64,000 bases of DNA from Gordius albopunctatus (taxonomy: Eukaryota). A program made the position numbers and the translations under genes. The notes under the pieces were generated by a model that saw only the letters and a program-made list of their open reading frames with translations, did no database searches and was not told the origin of the DNA. Each line of letters opens with the position of its first letter. Positions within the stretch are counted from its first letter, which is position 1. The stretch spans positions 5,146,001 to 5,210,000 of the forward strand of contig OZ193910.1 of assembly GCA_964276515.1 (NCBI GenBank), written 5' to 3'. Positions 14,345-27,628 of the stretch are shown here, piece after piece.

Positions 14345-15320
14345 CCGCCAGCAATTCTGGAGAACTACCAGACCGATTTGGCTCAAAATTTCACAGTTTA
14401 TTCCTCACACTCCGGAGCATGTTTTATATGTTTGAGCCAAATCGGTCCAGTAGTTTTTGAGTTAGTTTGTTTTATATGTTTTGCCTTTTAATAAAGTGCC
14501 AATCAAACGCAACCTCATGACGTACTGCGTATCTATCGTGTAGGTAGTGTGATAAATGCAGTAGGCATGTGTTGCGGAAAATGGAAACTTTTTATGCGCT
14601 TTAAAACATTAAATATCAAAGTGATTTTTTTGCTTATTTTTCACGTCAATTATTATTATTATAGGACGGTCGTGTCCCCTCCTGCGTGGCTAAATAAATT
14701 AAAAAATCTAATTTTGTCATTTTTTGCGCGTTAAATAAGGAGAAAAATGAAAATACTTTTAATAAAGTGCCAATAAATGTTGATATATCTCAGTTCTTGG
14801 GACATTATTAAGTTCAGAATTAAAAGTTTTATTCAGGAAAAAATAATTATAATTATGATATTGTTTATTAATTACAAAAAATTAAAAAAAATTGCTTGAA
14901 GGGCCAGGGGGCCAAAGATTTTTCCCTTGGGGGGGGGGCGGGAATGGGGCCAGGTTTTCTCTCTTGGGTGGGCCTGGGCCTTGGATCCTCTTTACCTATT
15001 TGCTTCAAATTTTTTGCATAATAAACACTTATCAATTATATTTGATATATTCTTAATCTATTGAAATTTATCTATAAGATGATATATATTCTGCTAATAC
15101 ACCCGGGTAAATGGCAAAACAACGTTTGCCGGGTTCATCTAGTAATTAATAATAATTAAAGCACGTTTCAATATCACAACAAAGTGTATAAAAAATGAGA
15201 AAATAATGCACAAGACAGAATGGCAATAGTTTTTTATGACAAAGATTAGGAGGATCAATGTTTGCTCATGTGATATTTAGCAGCCATTTAAACCACAATT
15301 AATAAAGAAGAAAGTGTAAA

Positions 15321-15590
15321 TTATGTTTATGACCTCTCCTCTGACAATTTCGCAAGATAAAGAATCATTCTCCGCTTCGATGTCATCCGCGCCCAAACGC
15401 GATAATACATCAGCTAAATAATTGTCTTCACATTTGCAATATTTAAGAGATAAGGTAAAATTTCCTAACATAACTAGCCAACGTTGTAATCTCCAAGACA
15501 TTAGTAGTTGGTCGTTAGCCTTTTTAAATAAAGCACCTTGAGGTTTGTGATCCGTGACTACAGTAAACAATTTACCAATTAAATATATAT
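15321..15590 (-). mobile_element. Gypsy-type LTR retrotransposon pol relic (RNase H end)
   Basis: FTVVTDHKP..LQRWLVMLGNF..YCKCEDNYLADVLSRL matches the Ty3/Gypsy RNase H C-terminal motifs (TDHKP, RW, N.LAD.LSR). Confidence 0.85.
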
Positions 15591-16199
15591 TTTTAACAGT
15601 TCAACAAAAAAAAACCTTTTGAAATATTTACATATCTTATTTCTAAAGTTGTAACAGCTACTATAATCTATTTAAATACTAGAATAAGATTTGCAATTTA
15701 GGGCAGTTATGTTATAATAGACAAGGAAAAAAGCTAAAGTTTGGAAGCTATGTAATGTACACTGTGCAAAAAATAATAATTTAATATCGAATTTTATTTA
15801 AATCCTATTTTATAAGAGATTAATTTGTTTTAGTTTAATTCGGGCTCGTGTCGGGCCGCGCTCGAGACCCGATTATATTATAAAATTTTGCCCAAGCCCG
15901 GCCCAAAACCTGATAGGGCCGGGTTGGGCCGTGTCGGGCTTCGGGCGGCCCGTGCAGGGCTCTAATTATTACCACACGTGATCCCATTGGCGTAGCCAAT
16001 TTATTAGAAGGCGCAGTTTAGTTAGGGAAAAATGTTTTGTAGATCAAGAATTTTTGGATTTTGAGGGGGGGGGCAGCTGTCTAACCTTGCCGCACCATTT
16101 ATACCATCTCACAATATTGAGTGAATCAATTTAATATCGTATAAGATTATATATATTACTCATTAACAAATTTTAATAATTACTTTTTCATCCGGTTTC

Positions 16200-16600
16200 T
16201 TGATAAAATATCACAGCTTCATCTTTTTATATCAGTAACTTAAAAGATTTAAAATGGTTGAAAAGCAATATTAATAACATTATAGCCTTTAATAAGGGTT
16301 TTAAAAATTATTTGGCTTAGTTATGTATCCCGACTACAAGTGCCACTTGTAAAAGAAATTTTTGTCCTGTAGGTCGCCTTTTAAAAGATAGAAGATCTAG
16401 TCTGACCGGGAATTATTAATTTATCATTCTTACAACATTTTTATTAACATTTTTAACACATACATATTGTTTACCATATCGATAAAAAAAAATTAGCAAA
16501 AAAAATAAAATTTTACGGGCCCGGCGCGGACTTTCTATAAGGCGGGCCGGGTTCAGGCTTATAATTTAATTTTGACGGGCAGGCCCGTTGCAGGTCTCTA
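16200..16600 (+). mobile_element. Truncated hAT derivative (right end; left boundary approximate)
   Basis: LCIPTTSATCKRNFCPVGRLLKDRRSSL at ~16321-16405 (dimerisation domain), followed by GGGCCC-rich subterminal repeats and terminal GCAGGTCTCTA; copy at ~28250-28623. Confidence 0.65.
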
Positions 16601-17515
16601 TATTAAAGAGCCGTTCTTTAGATATTCTTCAGAAAGATGCTAAAAAACTTGTTTATAATGCTACCTTGCATGAAAATATTTGAAGGCATGCTTTTCCTTT
16701 GACGGCAAATAGTTCATAAGCAATACAAAAACATTATTTTTAGTTCAATCAAAGTCTATGCAAGTAATTGCTAGCTGTTTAAATAAAAATATTAAGACGG
16801 GAAATATTGTTGAGAAATATTTTTGAAATGGACCTCGTCTCTCTTGAGAATTTACCCAGAATTGGTTTTAAATAATTGATAAATGTTTATAAAACAATAA
16901 CTTTAATGATAAAATCTTTTTTACCTTTAATCATTATAGTTATTCATGTGCGTAGCCAGCATTAGGATTAGAGGGGGGCAATAATGATTTAGGGAGGGGT
17001 AAAAACTTTGTTATAAGTCATACATATATTAATGACATATTTATATAATTAAGACTTTGAAGGTCTTTCATTAATAATTACTATGAAATAGTTTTTGGAA
17101 ATAAAATCCTTCGAAGTAGAATATTTAAAAATTATATATATTCAATAGGTACAATGAGTTTTTGATAAAAATTCCTTAATAATTTCTTCAATATAATGCT
17201 GTAATTAGAAAAAGTATTAACATTTAAATCATTTAATTTTGCAACCAAAATCCGCCTGTGGTTGCTATATCTTCAAAAAGTTCTTTTCAGGTTTTTAGAA
17301 TATGCCAACCAGGTCTATTTAAACGGGAAAGCTTATTAGATGAGATCAAAGACTCTTATAAAAGACATTTTTGGGTGAATACCTTATTAAACTGGTATTT
17401 TTTCCATAAACATTTAAGTTTTGTGTTGATTATTTTATTAAAAACTGATAATTATTATATAACCCCTTTTCGATAACTACTTTAATTTTTCTAAAATAAC
17501 ATGGTCTACTACCAT

Positions 17516-18577
17516 TAGAGACCTGCACGGGCGTCCCGAGGCCCGGTCCGGAAAAGAGACGGGCTCGGGCCTTAAAATTTGAGGCTTTAAAATTCCGGGC
17601 CGGGCCGAGCCTAATTTATAAATTATAGGCCCGTCCCGGAATAATTTGGAAGAGCTTAAGTAGTCTTTTTTTCTGTTTAAAACTATCTAAAAAATTTCAA
17701 AAAATTAATTAAAAGTTATTGAATGTTAAACACTCATATATTCAGTTGGCAATTATTTTAATATACAAACAATTATGAAACAAAAAAAATCTACTGCCTA
17801 TAGCTGTAAATATTTAGAAAAATTTTATAAAGTAAAAAAAATCTCAGAGAAAAGAGTCAAGTATGGAAAATATTATAAGAAAATAGATATTATTTTTTGT
17901 ACGATCTGCAAGAATGTGTTATCCTATAATTCCTAGTTTTGATAATGCTTAACATGGAGCACTCATCCCCAAAGGCATAAATACTCTAAAAAAGTCCAGG
18001 AAAAGAAAAATTGGATAATTACCTATGCAAGCCACTTTCAACAAAAGTTACAAGCCCTGCAAAAATCAAAAAAGATCTAATATCCTCAATAGCCCATTTT
18101 TGTGGAATGGATATGGCATGAAACATCTTCTATATAGAAAGATGTAGAGGAAAATGAAGTTGACACATACACAAAGTTGAAGATCAACGAAAATTAGAAA
18201 TATCGGATTGGTAGAAAGACCACAGTAGTTGTTTCCAGCGCTTAGCCCTCTTGTTTGAAGATTTTTTCGACACCTACCTTTGCCTTGAGTGAGAGGTGTT
18301 TTTCGTCAGCGGGCCGCATTTACGAATAGCGGAGAACAAATTTAAACACGGAAATTTTTGAGGCCTGTGATTTTATGCATAAAAATAGTTTTATTATCGA
18401 TTATAATTTTTTTATGTGCGTTTTATTATTTAATAAAAAAATTTACCAAAATTAAGTTTGATTAAGTTTCTGCAATTACTAAAATTCCGGGCCGGACCCG
18501 GGCCGGGCCTGATTTTTTCCCGATTTTAAATTCGGTGTTCGCGACGAGTATAAAAAAATCGATTTTGCCGGTCTCTA
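17516..18577 (+). mobile_element. Non-autonomous hAT element
   Basis: TIR TAGAGACC.GC/GCCGGTCTCTA, perfect 8-bp TSD ACTACCAT, degenerate SERCFSSAGRI..RRTNL remnant at ~18285-18350. Confidence 0.88.
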
Positions 18578-20030
18578 ACTACCATTGATATTGCCCTTGT
18601 TGGCTCTTGATAAATCTGATGAATAGTTTTTTATTTATAATATTTTAGGTTCGTTTTTTTATACATTTTATGGACCAGTAAGATAGCCCTTCTTTTTTAG
18701 TTACTAAGTTAAGATATTTAAAGAAATAAGTTAATAATGATAGGCCAAGCAAAAGCAAGCAGAAAATCTTTTAAAATGATGGAAATTATACTTGTACGGA
18801 GGCATGGGTCTTCATTTTAACCTATTCTAATTTTTATTATAGGAAATAATTATTTTATGATTAAAAAAAATTTTGGATAATTTTAGTTGCCTTAATATTT
18901 AAAACGCAAAATGATCAAAGCTTCGAGCCGAACGAAGAATAAAAATTGATTTTGGTCTCTGGCCTGGGTCAAAAAAAATTAAATCTAAACAACGGTCATG
19001 AGATTTCGTTCTACCTCGTCTATTGAAGGCAAGCGATGTGCACCTTTATTCTTTTTAGTATTTGTGCGACTTCCTTCAACCCGACCGACCCGAAAGCGTT
19101 TAAGAATTTTCAACCCGAACCCGAACCCGAACCGACCCAAAAACATTTTATTTTGTTTTTTAGGATATAGTTATATGAGTCCAGCTTACTCAATAATATT
19201 AAAATGTTCGATTTTGTATGTCTACATTCTTTAAAATCAGGGGACATGTAGCTAATAATTTTGGATCGGATTGTATTGCAAATATTCTTCCTGGACAATA
19301 ATTATTGACCTGTGACTAAAGAAGTATGCTTTTTCCCTTCGTTCTCCCTATTTTCATAAAACAAAGTCTTTCAACAATTCAGAATCAATTACCCTTATGG
19401 CATCTAACACTCAATTATCTCTTCTTAAAGCTTAATATCTTTAATTTAGGCACTAGATATTAAATTACTCCAATATTCTACTAATTTAATGAAGAAATTG
19501 ATTTTTAAAAATTATTTATTGTAGAAATAAGTCTTGCTTTTATGAGACTATGAAATTTGTCCGGATTACTATACTCAACACCCTACCTAAACTTGCAATA
19601 GCTTTTCACTAATTTAGCCTTTATGAACCTAACAGGTACCACTAACGGTTTGGCCAAAACAAATTCTATAAAAGAATTCAGGGCTTTTTCCATATTCTCT
19701 GGATAAATAAGACATAAATATAAGAAAATTTAATTTTTTTATAAATGACTAAGATATTAGTTATTTTTAGGGTAACGATGACTACCGTTGAATGTGAGAT
19801 CGGACATTGAAGTATGATGAGCACAAAAATTCTGGTTGAGTTACTGCATACAACGCATCACCGTTGAGCATCTTTTTCCGTTGATGACTGCTAATAGTGT
19901 CTCTGACATTAAATCTTGGATTTAAGCTCTTTTAGGAAGTCGCTCGTTTTTTTTGGAAAAAATTGCAAACAATTTCCTTTTTCAAGCTGCATAATAATGA
20001 TTTATTCCTTAAGACAATAGAGCTGCCGGG

Positions 20031-20181
20031 TAGTGATGATCAAAACATAGGTTTTGATCAGGCAACCTGAAGGTTAAGGTTCGGGTGTTCAAAAACCTGG
20101 TAAGGTTATAGAACGCCCGAACCTAAAACCGACCTGAGGTTGGACCTCGGGAAAACTTGACCTAGGTTTTGATCATCACTA
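20031..20181. mobile_element. 151-bp hAT-type MITE
   Basis: TIR TAGTGATGATCAAAAC/GTTTTGATCATCACTA, perfect 8-bp TSD CTGCCGGG. Confidence 0.88.
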
Positions 20182-20876
20182 CTGCCGGGCATTTGACATT
20201 GTAATTTTATTGAGAATTTATTAAGTTTTTAATATGTCTCTTATATTATATCATTTTAAATTTATATATGTTTAGTCTGTCACAATTTATTCTTTATTTG
20301 CTCAAGTTCACACACAATAATTTTTAAGTCGAATACAAGAGGAACAATTAATAGTTAAAATAACTATATTATTTTAAAGCTAGAATCTAATTTTATATTG
20401 CCGCACACCTTCCATTTCCTAGCCTTTATGATAGAAACTATAACAACAATGATGATTACAGCTAACTCATTAATAAAGATGCTCTATTTTAAACATCTTT
20501 ACAGTGTGAATTCGATTAATAAAAAGAATAAAACGGTCCCTATTAATATCTCGATAGAGGAGGAAAAACACGTTTGTTATATATATTTGGTGCCTTTATC
20601 GATTAATTTCGCACCATATTGTTTTTATTTAAACAGCTAGCAATTACTTGCATACACCCCAATGATAAGTTAACTGAAAGTGATGCTATTTTTAAAAATA
20701 CCATATCCACTGCACTGCCGACTATACTGTATATTTAAATTACTTGCCGTCAAGGGCAAAACATACCTCCAATTTTTTAAGCAAGGTAGAGGGCCAGTTT
20801 TGTTGAGTCACTACATGGAATATAAGAAGAACAAATTGACAATATTGATCATAATTTTCGCACTAGAGAGTTTAAG

Positions 20877-21855
20877 ATGATAGCTCATATAATTTATTTT
20901 GCCTTTTTGATTTTCTGCGCTACAAGTGTATTTATAAAAACTTCCCTACCAGGTATAATTATTTTTGCGGTGAGAACTATAAATTATTATTGTTTAGACC
21001 AATCATCTTTGAAACGAAATACAAACTCAGAAAAACAAAATGGGGAAGAATCAATAGTCCAAACTGCTCCGCAATATCTCAACACATCGTTAATGGAGTC
21101 GAAGCGGCTCCTATGGCTTGGCCATGGCAGGTTAACGAAAATTTAAATCACGTCAATAAATTATTAATGATTTTATAAACAAATATTAGTAAATTATAAA
21201 GTCTTTAGTAATTTTTTGTTATATTAATAAAAAAAATTTCACAGTCTCATCTCGAAGTGTTTGATTTTTAAAGGAAAAATAGATTATAATCATTTATCCA
21301 TATATGAATATATAATAGGTTCTAAAATATATAAAAATAAAATAAGGCAATTATCAACAACTTACATATTTTTAGATGCTATTAAGCAGATATAGACTGC
21401 AACATTGCGGAGCAACATTAATTCATCCAAAATTTGCCATTACTGCAGCCCATTGCACGAACGCTGAGTTAAAAAATTTACATATAAATATATTTACTAC
21501 CATTTTATTACTCATCACAAATTCAAAACAATTTATTATTGCTTATGGCCAAATAGTAAATTTTTGGCGGTTTTATTTAGGCGAAATGCTCAACAATACA
21601 CTATTTATGGAGGCTTTAATAGTTTTGAGACTTTCATGCAGAATAATGGAAATTTTTGGTGGGGATCAGCTATAGTAAACATTTTTCAACACCCACAATA
21701 CGATAGCACATCAATGGACAATGATATCAGCATCCTAGAATTTGCAACAGAAGCTCCAATATCCCAACAACTTTTCCCTGCTTGCCTTCCAACGGCTAAC
21801 GACGAGCTGAAAAATGGCCAAGCTTGTCACGTTACTGGCTGGGGAGAAACCTATG
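20877..21855 (+). pseudogene. Trypsin-like (S1A) serine protease, 3'-truncated, copy A; exons ~20877-20952, 20998-21130, 21376-21467, 21581-21855
   Basis: Signal-like MIAHIIYFAFLIFCATS; IVNGVEAAPMAWPWQ; HCGATLIHPKFAITAAHC (His57); HPQYD..DNDISIL (Asp102); PACLP..CHVTGWGETY. No GDSGG exon found downstream, and the exon1/exon2 phases do not match. Family call is firm, pseudogene status less so. Confidence 0.75.
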
Positions 21856-23519
21856 GTAATTCTAGAAAGTCATGTTGGGTTTTTGGCATCGGTATTGAGA
21901 TTAATCTTTAATTTAAATAGGTTTAGCAATTAAATTTGGATATAAAATACATATTTTGGGGAGATGAGATAAATGAATAAAAAGAACTAAGAATTCTAAA
22001 TACTGAGAAAAGATTCCGCTATGGCTAATGAATTATATTTACCGATAATTATGCCTATTTTCTGTCTTATAAAGAACGATTCGCGATTATCATGGGATAG
22101 TTCAGAGATTTGTTCCCCTATTTTTAAATGATTTGTAAGGCTTTGGGGCCAAAGGTTGTTAGGGTGGTTGTCGCAATGGGACAAAATATTATAGTATTGT
22201 CTAATTTAAGAGTATTTTGAAATTTTAGCAATAAAATTATGTAATTTAAATGTAGTGTAAATGTATTAAGGCCTAATTTTGTGCACTATTTAATAAATAT
22301 TCCCCCTTCTTCGTTGGCTAATTTTTTATAAACACAATTATTTAACATTTATGTTAAAAGAGGAATCTATAAGTTATTTATAAAATATTATAAAAATGTG
22401 GCATTAAATATTATAGATTTCCTAATTTTTATTTTTAATAAACAATTTGTTATATTTTAATTGCTAACAAAAAGTGTGCACACGCGCCTATTTAATTGCA
22501 ATATATTAAAATTCTTGTACATAATCCTTTCTTGTATCTTACACTCTATTAATATTTAATATAAGATCACTATATTTTCTTAAATTAAAAGTTCATTACC
22601 TAAATCTAAATGCAGCATATATGATGAACAACACAAACAAAATTTTAATTTAATAATTTTAAACATTAAACATCAGTTTTTCCTTTTTATATTGAAAATT
22701 TTTTGAAAAATTTTGTAAGTCATATTAATATTCATTTTACAGATATATAATAAAAAATAGTTTTATTATGGATTTAAAGCTCTGAAAATTCTTGAAGGGG
22801 AGCTTCATATGGACATGGGTTTCCTAAGTCCTACCATTTTTAAACTCATTTCAAAAATGAATTATCAGATTTAGAGTTTTGCCAACCTCTTGTAAAGTCT
22901 CTCATCAGCGGTATTAATAAAATGTTTTTCGATAAATTCCTAATAAATTCCAATCCCGATATCCTAACATTAATGAGTATTTGTTTAGTGGTATTTAGTA
23001 TCTCAAACAACTTTATATATACTATCAACCACGAAAGCCGTGTGATACCCCTTAATTTTAATAATTACCATAGGCATATTTGGTAGTATGGTCTTTATGT
23101 TACACAGGTCTCTTATTTCTACCTAAACATAGACGTATATTTAAAGCATTATATTCGTCTTTGTACAAATAAACGTTTTAATTAAACAATTATTAATAAA
23201 TTACGAATGATTCACAGGTATTAAACCTTTTGTTTATTAATTGTGTAATATGATAAAATTAACATAGCATGTTGCACATATATTTACGCTTAATTAACTT
23301 AAAATTTAATTGACAATAAAACAACTAATACATTTTAAGGTAATTTATTTGGCAGATCGAGCGTATAAGTCAATATCCAAAACAACCTAAATTATAACTA
23401 AAATATAAGTGCCGTTTAAAAATATTTTAGAATACGAACACATGATAAAACTGTGATTTACATTAGCAAATAATCTCAATGCCAATAAAAAACTTTAATT
23501 CTTTGAAGGTTCATAGCCT

Positions 23520-24066
23520 CCACATTTTTATAATATTTTATAAATAACTTATAGATTCCTCTTTTAACATAAATGTTAAATAATTGTGTTTATAAAAAAT
23601 TAGCCAACGAAGAAGGGGGAATATTTATTAAATAGTGCACAAAATTAGGCCTTAATACATTTACACTACATTTAAATTACATAATTTTATTGCTAAAATT
23701 TCAAAATACTCTTAAATTAGACAATACTATAATATTTTGTCCCATTGCGACAACCACCCTAACAACCTTTGGCCCCAAAGCCTTACAAATCATTTGAAAA
23801 TAGGGGAACAAATCTCTGAACTATCCCATGATAATCGCGAATCGTTCTTTATAAGACAGAAAATAGGCATAATTATCGGTAAATATAATTCATTAGCCAT
23901 AGCGGAATCTTTTCTCAGTATTTATAATTCTTGGTTTTTTTTATTCATTTATCTCATCTCCCCAAAATATGTATTTTATATCCAAATTTAATTGCTAAAC
24001 CTATTTAAATTAAAGATTAATCTCAATACCGATGCCAAAAACCCAACATGACTTTCTAGAATTACC
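23520..24066 (-). repeat. Inverted copy of 21855-22401 running into the gap
   Basis: Reverse complement of the protease downstream flank; carries the arm-B variants (AAAAACCAAGAATTAT). Confidence 0.95.
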
Positions 24067-24266
24067 NNNNNNNNNNNNNNNNNNNNNNNNNNNNNNNNNN
24101 NNNNNNNNNNNNNNNNNNNNNNNNNNNNNNNNNNNNNNNNNNNNNNNNNNNNNNNNNNNNNNNNNNNNNNNNNNNNNNNNNNNNNNNNNNNNNNNNNNNN
24201 NNNNNNNNNNNNNNNNNNNNNNNNNNNNNNNNNNNNNNNNNNNNNNNNNNNNNNNNNNNNNNNNNN
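24067..24266. other. Assembly gap (200 N)
   Basis: Run of N. Confidence 1.
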
Positions 24267-24822
24267 CTCTTTTATTATCAATTCTAGGGGTTTCAATCCC
24301 TTTTTTCAATAACACTAAAAGTTTATTATTTATAGGTTCATTTTAATTATTGAATTTGATCTTTTATATGAAACGATTGAAAAATATTTTTCATATTTTG
24401 GCCATGGCAATTTCAATTCATCTGCTGATTTTGAATATTCAGAATCTGAAGATGACGACGATATAATATTATGATTGTCCATATTAACCTATAAATTAAA
24501 ATATAATTAATAATATCAAACTAATTAACTTTAATCTTATCTTCTTTTGCAAGTTATAGTATGTTAAAAGTATTTCGGAATTGGTAATAGGAAACAGGAA
24601 AAACAGCTGATAAAAATATAATACTTTTTTGTTAAAAATTTGGATTGACATTAATTTTCAAATAAATAAAAACAAAAAAGGGTTTTTAAAATTGAACTAA
24701 CGTTAGATTCGAACGCGTTCATCAAAAAAGGAACTCGTTCACGTTCAAAGTTCACCAAAAAATAAAAGAACACCGTTCATGAACGCGTTCATAAAATTTG
24801 AACGCATTCACTTACAGCACTA
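24267..24822 (-). mobile_element. End of hAT element (same family as 56520-57762) inserted in the arm-B Helitron copy
   Basis: Ends TTACAGCACTA; largely the reverse complement of 56520-~56930; abuts the position equivalent to 14430. Confidence 0.85.
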
Positions 24823-26383
24823 GTTTGAGCCAAATCGGTCCAGTAGTTTTTGAGTTAGTTTGTTTTATATGTTTTGCCTTTTAATAAAGTGCCAATCAAA
24901 CGCAACCTCATGACGTACTGCGTATCTATCGTGTAGGTAGTGTGATAAATGGCGGAAAATGGAAACTTTTTATGCGCTTTAAAACATTAAATATCAAAGT
25001 CATTTTTTTGCTTATTTTTCACGTCAATTATTATTATTATAGGACGGTCGTGTCCCCTCCTGCGTGGCTAAATAAATTAAAAAATCTAATTTTGTCATTT
25101 TTTGCGCGTTAAATAAGGAGAAAAATGAAAATACTTTTAACAAAGTGCCAATAAATGTTGATATATCTCAGATCTTGTGACATTATTAAGTTCAGAATTA
25201 AAAGTTTTATTCAGAAAAAAATAATTATAATTATGATATTGTTTATTAATTACAAAAAATTTAAAAAAATTGCTTGAAGGGCCAGGGGGCCAAAAATTTT
25301 TCCTTGGGGGGGGGGGAATGGGGCCAGGTTTTCTCTCTTGGGTGGGCCTGGGCCTTGGATCCTCTTTAACTATTTGTTTCAAATTTTTTGCATAATAAAC
25401 ACTTATCAATTATATTTGATATATTCTTAATCTATTGAAATTTATCTATAAGATGATATATATTCTGCTAATACACCCGGGTAAATGGCAAAACAACGTT
25501 TGCCGGGTTCATCTAGTAATTAATAATAATTAAAGCACGTTTCAATATCACAACAAAGGGTATAAAAAATGAGAAAATAATGCACAAGACAGAATGGCAA
25601 TAGTTTTTTATGACAAAGATTAGGAGGATCAATGTTTGCTCATGTGATATTTAGCAGCCATTTAACCCACAATTAATAAAGAAGAAAGTGTAAACCCTTT
25701 ATATTATTCAAAAGTGAACCATTTAATCTCAAACTCTAAAATTGGAACTCTAAATTTTCATATTAAACTTTTTACAAGAGCATTTTTTTGAAATAATCAC
25801 TGCAGGCTTGTTTATTTAGTCATGGTCAAGAGAGCCCTTAAGTATTATGAATTAACTGAAAACAGCTTACCTAATACATTAGAAGTGGAGGTTGAAGATG
25901 AGGACATTATAATATGCAGTTTAAAAATTTTAAATTTAAATTATAGCAGGAAAAACAACTAAAATGCGATTAGAGAAAAACAGCTGATTTTTGCATCTCG
26001 TTCTCGTCTATTTAGATTAAATTTAATAAATCAAAATTTAATATTTTTTTAAGGATTCGACTCGAATATTTTCCAGAGGCATAATATTTGTACATCATTA
26101 TAGTAAATCATTTAAATAAATTCATTAGACAAAATCTGTGGTTACAGTTTGTTTCATTAATAGCATTTTCATTTGTCGATTTAATTTTACACCGCAATTT
26201 TCGCGCTCGAAAGTAATTTGTTTTCATAATTTTTCGGGTCGGGTCGGGTTCGGGTAGAAAATTTGAAAATTATTTCGGGTCGGGTAGAAAATTTGAAAAT
26301 GCTTTCAGGTCGGATTCGGGTTGAAAAAAAGTGACTTTGTAGTTCTCTCTACCTGACATGCTAAAAACGTTTTTAAATTCCGT

Positions 26384-27628
26384 TCAACCGGAATATGCGT
26401 CGACAATTAACATAAAACGTTTCTTGTCAAATTCAAAAAAATCAACATGTATCCTCTCCCACGAAGATTTTGGACGTGGACATCTGGCCTTTTTATTCCA
26501 TCGCGGCATTGGTGAGTCAAGCTTACATAGCCCGCACTGTCTGACGAAGTTCTCGATGTTATTGTTAATTTTAGGCCACCAGACATATTGTCTAGCTAGT
26601 CCCTTCATCTTAACCATCCCTGCATGACCTTGATGTAAAACATTTAACAAATCTTGGCGAAGTTTAGTAAGAACCACTAACCTTTCATGTCTCTTAAGCA
26701 CGTCATCCTATAAATACATTTTGTTTAAGACATGTGTTAACAAAATGTTAACATGAAAAGAGCATATGAGGAGAAGAAAGAAACATTCATTCATTGGCAA
26801 TCCATTTTTATTCATATATCAGCAATCCCTAAACTTCCCCCCCCTGTTAACACATTCAACAATCGCATCATCACCAGACAGTTTATAATTAATCAAATTC
26901 ATTCGCAATGTCACATGTTATAGGTTCTTAATTCATTCACATAATTCAATCAAAACATTTAAATAAACAAAATCTTCAACATTTTGGTCCTTCGAGCCGG
27001 TTCCAGCACTTGGATTATTAAATATGAAACCTAAGGTAAATTCCAAAAGAACAGATATTCTGCACACCATAACTCGTCTTCTCCAGTTTTGCTCAGAAAC
27101 AGATGATCCCCTTAATTTAATCTGCAGACTGGATGATTTAAAATTATCTTACAACAAATTTGTGAATTTAAGTGAAGGTATTTCAAAGGCATAGCCCGCA
27201 CTGCCTGACGAAGTTCTCGATGTTATTGTTAATTTTAGGCCACCAGACATATTGTCTAGCTAGTCCCTTCATCTTAACCATCCCTGCATGACCTTGATGT
27301 AAAACATTTAACAAATCTTGGCGAAGTTTACTAAGAACCACTAACCTTTCATGTCTCTTATGCACGTCATCTTCTAAATACATTTTGTTTAAGACATGTT
27401 TAAAGGGTAATGGTATGTTTGTATCAACGTCCAAGCCAAATGAAATATTTTTAACATTAATTATATCAGGTTCTGCATTACTCTCGGTTATTATGTCATT
27501 TAAATCCAAAATTTTAATTATGTTTATGACCTCTCCTCCGACAATTGCGCAAGATAAAGAATCATTCTCCGCTTCGATGTCATCCGCGCCCAAACGCGAT
27601 AATACATCAGCTAAATAATTGTCTTCAC
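26384..27628 (-). mobile_element. Gypsy integrase relics (H2C2 zinc-binding region plus start of core), two partly redundant pieces
   Basis: LHQGHAGMVKMKGLARQYVWWPKINNNIENFVRQCGLC..WERIHVDFFEF..FMLIVDAYS at 26384-26734; second copy of the H2C2 part at 27190-27628. Confidence 0.9.
26735..27189 (+). mobile_element. BEL/Pao-like 5' LTR + PBS + gag start (truncated)
   Basis: TGTTAA...TTCAACA (26735-26981) with AATAAA; then TGGTCCTTCGAGCCGG (26985-27000), complementary to the 3' end of tRNA-Tyr; then ATG ORF MKPKVNSKRTDILHTITRL. Confidence 0.7.

Larger units (their letters stand above)
10931..15142 (+). mobile_element. Non-autonomous Helitron-like element carrying microsatellites (5' end approximate)
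   Basis: ATATAAAAATGAAAC-(GT)n-(TATG)n head; internal inverted repeat GACCGATTTGGCTCAAA/TTTGAGCCAAATCGGTC (14371-14447); 3' hairpin GGCAAA..TTTGCC then CTAG (15139-15142) followed by T; no TSD; three copies in window. Confidence 0.7.
14430..22401. repeat. Duplicated segment, arm A (copy of 24823-34435)
   Basis: Colinear near-identity with 24823-34435; several ORF-track translations are identical at offset 12034. Confidence 0.95.

Noticed and set aside
11843..14491. 800-880 aa ORFs (MYVC / HTYI repeats)
   Set aside because: By-product of a stop-free TATG microsatellite, open in all frames
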